Shown here: piece by piece, positions 9,754 through 16,415 of the stretch
Numbering within the stretch: the first letter of the stretch is position 1
How the letters are laid out: each line of letters starts with the position of its first letter
Source of the DNA: Nitrosopumilus maritimus SCM1
GTDB taxonomy: Archaea > Thermoproteota > Nitrososphaeria > Nitrososphaerales > Nitrosopumilaceae
DNA: 32,000 nt
Assembly: GCF_000018465.1 (NCBI RefSeq)
Contig: NC_010085.1
Span: forward strand, 840,001-872,000
Direction: 5' to 3'
Notes under the pieces: model-generated
Database searches by the model: none
What the model was told of the DNA's origin: nothing
What the model saw: only the letters and a program-made list of their open reading frames with translations
Program-made: the position numbers and the translations under genes

Positions 9754-10653
9754 TTACTCCAAGTTTAGAGGAATACTTGCACTACCAAAGTCTTCTGCGA
9801 TTCTAAAGACATAATCTTTTGAAGAATCATATTCAAATTCGGTTCCACCATATCCAATATTTGGACCAAAGAGTATGTTAAACTCTCTTGCATCACCTGG
9901 ATTTAGCACAATTTGTCCACTGGTAAAGTCCATGCCAGAGTACTTGTAGGCCTTTGAGCCATCCCATACATCATATGCACATATTTGAGGACTAGTACAA
10001 TTTAGAGCGGCAATTTCAGAACTGGTGTTCTCAGCAAGCATTCTAACAGACAATAGAGGTTGTCCTGTAGCAGTAATCTCAAACTCATTTCCTTCAGAAC
10101 CGACTCCAGTCCAATAATATGTGATTGGTCCCAAGTCGAATTTTTGAGCTCCAGATTTGTATTCATGTACTTTGATTGCTTGTTTGAGTGGTTTTTCACA
10201 ATCTAGTCTTTTGTAGGCTTTGGTAATTTCAGAACATTGTTCAAGTTCAGCTTCTAATGATGCTAATTTTGAATCAGTGTTTTTTGGTTCATCAGACATT
10301 ATTGGTTGTTCTGATGTTAATGAAACAGAAAGTAATCCAAATTGAATCAAATGCTGTACACCGTTAACAAATTCACCATCAGAGATTGTTCCATCTGCCC
10401 ACCATCCTGCATTGTTCTTAACCCAAGCTGGGACACTATCGGCAGTTTCAGAAGATACAGTAGTGGTAGGAACTGTAATTATTCCATCAGAAATCAAAAA
10501 AGCAATTCCTGTGAGAAATTCAGATTCAGATATGACTCCTTCTGCCCACCATCCTGCATTGTTCTTAACCCAGCCTGGTACTTCAGCATATGCAGAAGAT
10601 ACAGTTGTTGCAACCAGTAAAATTGCAGCGATTGCAGTTATTGCGGTTTTCAT
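9754..10653 (-). CDS. secreted protein with two WW repeat modules (VPxWVKNNAGWWAxGxISxxEF...) and a Cys-containing C-terminal domain
   Basis: 299 aa. Signal peptide MKTAITAIAAILLVATTVSSAYA. Internal 49-aa (147-nt) duplication. Tandem TTTAGCACTAG boxes plus a TATA box lie directly upstream. Confidence 0.75.
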   Translation of the reverse strand: MKTAITAIAAILLVATTVSSAYAEVPGWVKNNAGWWAEGVISESEFLTGIAFLISDGIITVPTTTVSSETADSVPAWVKNNAGWWADGTISDGEFVNGVQHLIQFGLLSVSLTSEQPIMSDEPKNTDSKLASLEAELEQCSEITKAYKRLDCEKPLKQAIKVHEYKSGAQKFDLGPITYYWTGVGSEGNEFEITATGQPLLSVRMLAENTSSEIAALNCTSPQICAYDVWDGSKAYKYSGMDFTSGQIVLNPGDAREFNILFGPNIGYGGTEFEYDSSKDYVFRIAEDFGSASIPLNLE

Positions 10654-10674
10654 TAATGCATTTTTGTGCTCATT

Positions 10675-10713
10675 GTATATAAGCTAGTGCTAAAGAATTT
10701 GACTAGTGCTAAA
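10675..10713 (-). promoter_or_regulatory. tandem 11-bp boxes (19-bp period) abutting the TATA box of gene 9754..10653
   Basis: Minus-strand reading: TTTAGCACTAG (10713-10703), 8 nt, TTTAGCACTAG (10694-10684), C, TTATATAC (10682-10675). ATG at 10653. Confidence 0.7.
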
Positions 10714-10737
10714 TTTTTGAATTAACAGCCACTGAAA

Positions 10738-10748
10738 CTAGTGGTAAT
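10738..10748 (-). promoter_or_regulatory. third, degenerate box ATTACCACTAG between the divergent 9754..10653 and DUF1722 promoters
   Basis: The plus strand reads CTAGTGGTAAT. It lies 24 nt upstream of the tandem pair and about 20 nt from the DUF1722 TATA box (10769-10776). Confidence 0.5.
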
Positions 10749-10816
10749 TACATTTCTAATTGTTCTTCTTTATATGCAAACAGAATCGATCTTCAAAAGT
10801 GAATAAAAAACAAGAA

Positions 10817-11326
10817 ATGACAGGCACATCAAGATTATCAGAACACGATATCAAAGAATACGTGCTAGAAAGATTCAAAGAGGTAAAAAAAGAGAAAATA
10901 AAAAATCTTGTTTCATTTCAATCTATGAACAAATACATGATTATGGCACATAATCAAGATGAATTACAAATTTTAGGAAATATTGTTGCCGGTTACAAAA
11001 AAATTTCATTGTTAGATATAATGACAGAATATGAAAAACATCTAAAGATGGCATTAGAAAAACCGCCAACCATTAAATCACATTCTAACGTAATAATGCA
11101 TATTTTTGGGTATTTTTCAAAAAATTTCAGTCAATTAGAAAAAGAACAATTTTTCAAATTACTAAATGAGTTCAAAGGAGAAGAAATCACAATTGGAAAA
11201 ATTCTATCAGAAATAAATCCAATCATTTATCGATTCAACAACACATATCTTGCAAATCAGACATATTTTCTACTATATTCAGATCCTCAACCAGGAAATT
11301 TGTTTCACATGTTGTCTCAAAAATAA
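10817..11326 (+). CDS. DUF1722 (YbgA-like) domain protein
   Basis: Blocks NVIMHIFGYFSKNFSQLEKEQFFKLLNEFKGEEITIGKILSEINPIIYRFNNTYLANQTYF match my memory of the YbgA/DUF1722 pattern. I place the start at ATG 10817 because the TTTATATG box at 10769-10776 lies inside the track ORF (10760). Confidence 0.65.
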   Translation: MTGTSRLSEHDIKEYVLERFKEVKKEKIKNLVSFQSMNKYMIMAHNQDELQILGNIVAGYKKISLLDIMTEYEKHLKMALEKPPTIKSHSNVIMHIFGYFSKNFSQLEKEQFFKLLNEFKGEEITIGKILSEINPIIYRFNNTYLANQTYFLLYSDPQPGNLFHMLSQK

Positions 11327-11327
11327 A

Positions 11328-12485
11328 TCAGAAAAAGTCTGACAAAGTTTTTTGTCTCATTAGTTTGGAGATATTTCCATGTGCAAGCCATTCAGACTTG
11401 CTAATGCTTAGTTTCTCGGATGCCAAATTCAATGCATGATCAAAATTATTTGCAATTACTGGGGTTTGTTTCATTGCTTCTCTAATTCCTTCACGAACCT
11501 GCCAGACGCCTACAGGTATTGCATATTCAGGTCGGATTTCTCTTAAAATTACGGCTCCAGATTGAATCTTTTTTGCACTGAGATACTCTAAAACACCTAA
11601 TTTGGCAGCAAAATACGCACCAGCTATGGCAGGAGGATGGTCAATACCCCGGGCATCCTCAAAATCAGAGCCAAACCCTAGAATTCCATTAGAATACCAT
11701 GCCTCAACCATTTCGTATATCCATCTATGAGGGAACAAAACCACAGAGAAATGATTTCCCAAATGAGAATATGAGAAGACCTTACAAGAGTCAATTAGGG
11801 CATAATCTAATACTTCGTCAGCAAGAGATTGTGATATAATGTCATCAGTTGCAGTAATACTCCATTTTGTTGGAACGAGTTTTCTTTTTTGGCCAAGCAT
11901 TCCAATGCTAAAGCATTTTTGAATTTTTGAAATATCAATTCCAGAATTGTATAAGTTCATGACAGCATCCTGTGCCTTCAAATCTTTATCATAGTATGTC
12001 TTTTCAATAGACTTTACAGAAGAGGTTCCAGAGAATTTTGCAGATTTGATTTCCCCAACAGGACCAAATGGAGCACTTTCTCCATCAAGGGAAATGTTTG
12101 AAGATACAGATTTTTGAAATATTAAATCAGAATCAGTTGGTTTTGAAGACATTGTTACTTCTTGGAGATTTTCAATGTATCGTCCATCAGTTTTATCGAT
12201 AGATAGTTTTTGTGTGCCACGAACTAAATTCAATCTAAAGTTTACAATTTCTTCTAAAGACTTTCCCTTCCATTTTTCAGGACTGTCAAGTAAACTTGTA
12301 TCTCCATGAATTGGTGGAACCATTGGACCAACAAAGACCTTAGGATAATTGTACGACCCAACAAATACAGATGGAGGACTAGTACCACTTATTGAATCAG
12401 ATGAAAACAAATTTCCATATTTTGATAATGTCTCATGCCATTTTGTTAAAATTGAACGGCGAATATCCTGAGAGTCAGAAGACAT
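11328..12485 (-). CDS. nreA: archaeal Nre-family DNA repair protein with C-terminal PIP box
   Basis: 385 aa. Nre_N-like block GTSPPSVFVGSYNYPKVFVGPMVPP. The C-terminus ends QKTLSDFF, a canonical QxxLxxFF PCNA-interacting motif. Confidence 0.7.
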   Translation of the reverse strand: MSSDSQDIRRSILTKWHETLSKYGNLFSSDSISGTSPPSVFVGSYNYPKVFVGPMVPPIHGDTSLLDSPEKWKGKSLEEIVNFRLNLVRGTQKLSIDKTDGRYIENLQEVTMSSKPTDSDLIFQKSVSSNISLDGESAPFGPVGEIKSAKFSGTSSVKSIEKTYYDKDLKAQDAVMNLYNSGIDISKIQKCFSIGMLGQKRKLVPTKWSITATDDIISQSLADEVLDYALIDSCKVFSYSHLGNHFSVVLFPHRWIYEMVEAWYSNGILGFGSDFEDARGIDHPPAIAGAYFAAKLGVLEYLSAKKIQSGAVILREIRPEYAIPVGVWQVREGIREAMKQTPVIANNFDHALNLASEKLSISKSEWLAHGNISKLMRQKTLSDFF

Positions 12486-12579
12486 TGAAATTAATGCTAG
12501 ATTTGTGCCTAATAACTTGACTAATTATCGAAGTTGACGAGAGGTAAACACTTGTTATTACCAAATATACAGAATCATC

Positions 12580-13506
12580 ATGACAGTAAATAGAATAGTC
12601 TCATTCTTACCTAGTGCAACAGAATTACTATACGAGTTTGGAGTTCAAAACAAAGTATACGGAGTCACACATGAATGCAAGTACCCTAGTGAGGCAATTT
12701 CTAAACCACAGGTAATTAGTTCAGTAATAGACTCTGAGAAATTATCAAGTAATGAAATCAATACACAAACATGTCAACTACTCAATGAAGGAAAAGATAT
12801 TTTCATTTTAAATGAAAAAAATCTAAAAGATGCCAATCCAGATCTTATAATTTCTCAAGAAACATGTGAGGTATGTGCAGCATATACTAATCAAGTAAAC
12901 AAAGCACTCCAAATTCTTGAGAGAAAACCAATAATTCATTCAATGGATCCTCACAACATATCAGAAATCATAGAGTCAGTTATCAAATTAGGAAAAATTT
13001 TAGAAGAAGAAAGTAAAGCAAAAGAGATTTCAGAGTCATTAGAAAAAAGAATTCAAAAAATAAAAAATAAAGTTCATACCAACATACCAAAAATTCTAGC
13101 AATCGAATGGATAGAGCCATTTTTTACAGCTGGTCATTGGGTTCCAGAAATGATAGAAATTGCTGGTGGAAAAAACACGATAAGCAAAACAGGAGAACAT
13201 TCAAGACGTATGGACTTTGAAGAAATATCAAATTCTGATGCAGACATTATAATTCTCATGCCATGTGGATTTGACACAAAACGTACAGTTTCAGAATACA
13301 AAGACATTCTAGAAAGAGATGAGAAATGGAACATGCTCAAGGCAGTGCAAAATCAGGCAGTTTTTGCAGTGGATGCCAATTCTTTTTTCAGCAAGCCCAG
13401 CATCAGAACAGTTGAGGGAATAGAGATACTTGCAAAAATAATCCATCCAGAAACATTTGATGATGTTAATGTTTCAGAAAATTCTTTTGCAAATGTTTAC
13501 CAATAA
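12580..13506 (+). CDS. BtuF-like (Peripla_BP_2) cobalamin/iron-chelate binding protein lacking a signal peptide
   Basis: 308 aa. It starts directly with the mature-domain pattern RIVSFLPSATELLYEFG...VYGVTHEC, followed by DLIISQ and FFTAGHWVPEMIEIAGG blocks typical of class III binding proteins. No hydrophobic leader and no adjacent permease or ATPase. Confidence 0.7.
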   Translation: MTVNRIVSFLPSATELLYEFGVQNKVYGVTHECKYPSEAISKPQVISSVIDSEKLSSNEINTQTCQLLNEGKDIFILNEKNLKDANPDLIISQETCEVCAAYTNQVNKALQILERKPIIHSMDPHNISEIIESVIKLGKILEEESKAKEISESLEKRIQKIKNKVHTNIPKILAIEWIEPFFTAGHWVPEMIEIAGGKNTISKTGEHSRRMDFEEISNSDADIIILMPCGFDTKRTVSEYKDILERDEKWNMLKAVQNQAVFAVDANSFFSKPSIRTVEGIEILAKIIHPETFDDVNVSENSFANVYQ

Positions 13507-13512
13507 ATTTCA

Positions 13513-14892
13513 TCATAGGGGTTTACCCTTGTACTGATAATCAATTACTTTGTGGAACAAGTTATGAGATGCAATAACAGTTAATGCAACTATGAATATT
13601 CCAATAAAATTCCTTATTGTCATTAATTCATTTGGAGTAGTTGCTATCAATGAATTTTCAAAAATAACATAGTAATTGTCAAACAACCAGAACACCAAAG
13701 TAATCCAGGATAATACACCTGCTATCAAATAACCTAAACGGGTTTTGTTGTGAATTAGTATTATTGCAAATCCAATAGCAATATACCAAAAGGCAGAACC
13801 AATTAACCACATAGGTTCATAGACATCAGTTCTATCATCTAGCCAATAATAACTTGAACCAATAATAGCTAATGCAAATAGAGAAACTTGAATTAATTTT
13901 TGATTGATTTTAAACCCTGTTTTCTCCTCTTTTTGTTCCATTTGCGGAGGATCAGATTTCATTTCTTTTGTTGCGATATCAATTGCTTCACGAACGGATT
14001 TTAGATGCATAGGAATGATTTTTGTTATAGAATCGTCGGCGACAACAGTATCATGAACCAAGCTATCAATCAGAGGCCTTGCAAGTGATGCCTTTACAGG
14101 AGTGATAAGATCAACCCAATACGAAGATAGTCTAGTGGTTAGAAATGGGATTTGAATGACAAACAGATTTTTGTTCAGATATGCTGAATACACACGCATT
14201 AATTCCTCATAAGTCATTTTATCAGGACCTCCAATCTCAAAAATTTTACCCATTGTTTCAGGTTTTGATAGAGATTCAGCAAGATAACTAATCACATCAT
14301 CAACTGCAATTGGTTGGGCCAATGACTTGACCCACGAAGGACATACCATCACACTCAATCTTTCAACAAGATAACGAAGCATAGCATAAGAACCACTTTT
14401 TGCACCAATAATTATAGAAGCTCTAAATTCTGTAACAGGAATATTTCCAGATGCAAGAATTTCCCCTACTTCTTTCCTACTACGCATATGAGGTGAGAGA
14501 CCAAGACTATCATTAACTAAACCACCAAGGTAAATAATTCGTTTTACACCAGATTCTGTGGCAGCTTTGAGAAAGTTTTGAGCTTGATTATTTTCTCGTG
14601 TAGCAAATTCTTGCCAATCACCTTTATCACCTTCCATAGAGTGAAGTAAATAATATGCAGTATCAATACCAAACATTGCATTTTTTAATTCATCAAAGTT
14701 GAATGCATCTGCTTTAACATATTTTACTTTATCATTACCAGATAATTGTTTTCTACTCAGACCCTTTACAGTGTAACCTGAAGAAACAAGAGATGAAATT
14801 AATCTTGAGCCAATAAATCCCGTTGCACCAGTAACCAAGATTGAAAATGGTTTGTAATCAGAAGATTTAGATGATGAAATCACTTGTTTCAT
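13513..14892 (-). CDS. NAD(P)-binding NmrA/atypical-SDR-like domain fused to a C-terminal four-helix membrane domain
   Basis: 459 aa. Rossmann motif ILVTGATGFIGSRL. The C-terminal ~130 aa contain four hydrophobic helices. Tandem box pair plus TATA directly upstream. Confidence 0.75.
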   Translation of the reverse strand: MKQVISSSKSSDYKPFSILVTGATGFIGSRLISSLVSSGYTVKGLSRKQLSGNDKVKYVKADAFNFDELKNAMFGIDTAYYLLHSMEGDKGDWQEFATRENNQAQNFLKAATESGVKRIIYLGGLVNDSLGLSPHMRSRKEVGEILASGNIPVTEFRASIIIGAKSGSYAMLRYLVERLSVMVCPSWVKSLAQPIAVDDVISYLAESLSKPETMGKIFEIGGPDKMTYEELMRVYSAYLNKNLFVIQIPFLTTRLSSYWVDLITPVKASLARPLIDSLVHDTVVADDSITKIIPMHLKSVREAIDIATKEMKSDPPQMEQKEEKTGFKINQKLIQVSLFALAIIGSSYYWLDDRTDVYEPMWLIGSAFWYIAIGFAIILIHNKTRLGYLIAGVLSWITLVFWLFDNYYVIFENSLIATTPNELMTIRNFIGIFIVALTVIASHNLFHKVIDYQYKGKPL

Positions 14893-14944
14893 TTTTTATG
14901 GCACCTACGAAATATTTTACACATGGTGGGTTTTTCTTTTCAAA

Positions 14945-14983
14945 TTATTTAAACTAGTGATAATCAATTTAACTAGTGGTAAA
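14945..14983 (-). promoter_or_regulatory. tandem 11-bp boxes (19-bp period) abutting the TATA box of gene 13513..14892
   Basis: Minus-strand reading: TTTACCACTAG (14983-14973), 8 nt, ATTATCACTAG (14964-14954), then immediately TTTAAATAA (14953-14945). Confidence 0.65.
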
Positions 14984-15044
14984 ATAGCAGTTTTTGTGAC
15001 TAATTTAGGAATAAACATTTGTAAAATGGATAAGAAAGCAGTAA

Positions 15045-15082
15045 TTTAGCACTAGAAAAAGAGGTTAGCATTAGTTATATAA
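15045..15082 (+). promoter_or_regulatory. tandem 11-bp boxes (19-bp period) abutting the TATA box of the B12-binding protein gene
   Basis: TTTAGCACTAG (15045-15055), 8 nt, GTTAGCATTAG (15064-15074), then immediately TTATATAA (15075-15082). ATG at 15102, a spacing consistent with a leaderless mRNA. Confidence 0.7.
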
Positions 15083-15101
15083 CATACCACTAAAGAAAAT
15101 C

Positions 15102-15944
15102 ATGGTCTACATACGAGCAAAAAAGGTAAAATCAGACCAATATCTGTATCTAGTCAAAAGTGTATGGGACTCAAAAAAGAGCACATCAAAACAAGAAATT
15201 GTCAAATATCTTGGAAAGGCATCGGAAGTTGTAAAAGATGACATTCCAATAGATTATAGAAATGATCCCAAAGTATTATCAGTTTTAGCATCTTACAATC
15301 CAAAAGATATCAAGAAAAGAGAAGACGCAACAAAGAAATCAAAACAACAACTATACAAGAAACTAACTGAAGGGAGTATTCAAGATTGTGTAAAAATTTA
15401 TGAAGAATATATTAAAATTTTTAATGCATCCGATTTCTTTGATAGAATTCTAAAACCCACAATGTATAGAATTGGTGATGAATGGTCCATAGGTAAAATC
15501 AGCATAGCCACAGAACATGTTGCAAGCAATGTTGCTCAAACACTTGTAAAAATAATAATGGACCAAGTATCATCTGGTGGAAATAAAAAGAAAATTCTCA
15601 TATGTGTTCCATTAGGAGAAGAACATCATTTAGGATGCGATGTATTAGAAACATATCTATCAATTAAAGGATTCAAAATTTTTAATATGGGAACATCAAT
15701 GCCAACAGAATCAATTCTTAGTTTCATTGACAACAATAAACCAGATGTTGTGTTGGTATCAATCACATTAGAAGACAACCTAGCAGCAGGGCAGAGATTA
15801 GTCAAAAAAATAAGTGACCATACAAACATTCCCATACTAGTTGGTGGCTATGCACTTCAAGCAAAGAAAATTCCCAAATTTACAGGCCAGATAATTCCAG
15901 ATTGCGGTCTTGAGGAAGTTCCTAAAATTTTAAGAAAGATTTAA
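15102..15944 (+). CDS. CarH/LitR-like coenzyme-B12-binding photoreceptor-type protein with a non-MerR basic N-terminal domain (candidate transcription regulator)
   Basis: 280 aa. W128-x9-E138-H139 (GDEWSIGKISIATEHVAS), then E173-x-H175-x-x-G178, x41, S220-I-T222, x25, G248-G249. The N-terminal 45 aa are basic (MVYIRAKKVKSDQYLYLVKSVW...KYLGK). TATA TTATATAA starts 27 nt before the ATG. Confidence 0.8.
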   Translation: MVYIRAKKVKSDQYLYLVKSVWDSKKSTSKQEIVKYLGKASEVVKDDIPIDYRNDPKVLSVLASYNPKDIKKREDATKKSKQQLYKKLTEGSIQDCVKIYEEYIKIFNASDFFDRILKPTMYRIGDEWSIGKISIATEHVASNVAQTLVKIIMDQVSSGGNKKKILICVPLGEEHHLGCDVLETYLSIKGFKIFNMGTSMPTESILSFIDNNKPDVVLVSITLEDNLAAGQRLVKKISDHTNIPILVGGYALQAKKIPKFTGQIIPDCGLEEVPKILRKI

Positions 15945-16003
15945 GTTTATTTTAAAACTGCATAGTGGTAAATTAAATCAACTTTTATTAAAATTAGTCA
16001 TAA

Positions 16004-16014
16004 ATTAGCACTAG
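16004..16014 (+). promoter_or_regulatory. single ATTAGCACTAG box upstream of an AT-rich box, in the spacer before the TFB cassette
   Basis: Exact TTAGCACTAG 10-mer, followed by TTATTAAAATAAA about 15 nt downstream. Confidence 0.5.
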
Positions 16015-16203
16015 AATCCAATTTTTTTGTTATTAAAATAAAACAAAAACAAAAGAAAAGTAGAGTATAAAATGGAATCAACATATGCAGTAATTGCAGA
16101 TACAAAAAAAGAATTACTCAAAATGATATCTAAAAAAGAATGTGAACAAACGTTTGCTCTAATTGTAACCACATCGTGATATTATTTACAATAAAAGAAT
16201 AAA

Positions 16204-16214
16204 ATTAGCACTAG
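16204..16214 (+). promoter_or_regulatory. single ATTAGCACTAG box upstream of the zinc-ribbon mini-ORF/TFB operon
   Basis: Exact 10-mer, exactly 200 bp after the copy at 16004. Followed by AAAAAATATTTT and CTTAAATAAT boxes, with the ATG at 16262. Confidence 0.55.
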
Positions 16215-16261
16215 AAAAAATATTTTCTTTCTCTTAAATAATTTCAAAACAAAATTAATTC

Positions 16262-16414
16262 ATGAAACAAGAATTGATTCAGGAAAATAAAAATGAATTA
16301 AAAATCAAAAATAAGAATGTAAAAATTTGTATCAATTGTGGAAATTCAAAAGTTGATTCACATGAATATGGAATTTCATGTGAAGATTGTGGTATTCTTT
16401 TGTGGAGAGAATAA
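16262..16414 (+). CDS. stand-alone zinc-ribbon mini-protein (50 aa), TFB-ribbon-like
   Basis: Own translation: MKQELIQENKNELKIKNKNVKICINCGNSKVDSHEYGISCEDCGILLWRE, with CxxC-x13-CxxC. The stop lies 1 nt before the TFB ATG at 16416. CTTAAATAAT box about 25 nt upstream. Below the ORF-track length cutoff. Confidence 0.45.
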   Translation: MKQELIQENKNELKIKNKNVKICINCGNSKVDSHEYGISCEDCGILLWRE

Positions 16415-16415
16415 A

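Noticed and set aside
10760-10816. The TTG-initiated 19-aa extension of the DUF1722 gene.
   Set aside because: The best TATA box for this gene (TTTATATG, 10769-10776) lies inside the extension, and the extension sequence (MFFFICKQNRSSKVNKKQE) looks non-coding. ATG 10817 is preferred.
551-12512. A second motif family, TTAGGCAC(A/T)A, at 551-560 (+), 4651-4660 (+, 30 nt before the nadE start) and 12503-12512 (-, 17 nt before the nreA start).
   Set aside because: There are only three copies, with inconsistent distance and position relative to TATA boxes and starts. It may be a one-base-insertion variant of the TTAGCACTAG box, but I cannot support that from this window alone.
16072-16179. A 35-aa ORF (MESTYAVIADTKKELLKMISKKECEQTFALIVTTS) downstream of the box at 16004.
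   Set aside because: It has promoter-like context, but it is very short with no motif and I cannot check conservation. Mentioned as context only, not called as a gene.
16338-16415. The N-terminal 26-aa extension of the TFB paralog given by the track (GTG start at 16338).
   Set aside because: It overlaps the zinc-ribbon mini-ORF in another frame and translates to implausible sequence (MEIQKLIHMNMEFHVKIVVFFCGENK). ATG 16416 gives a normal TFB N-terminus.
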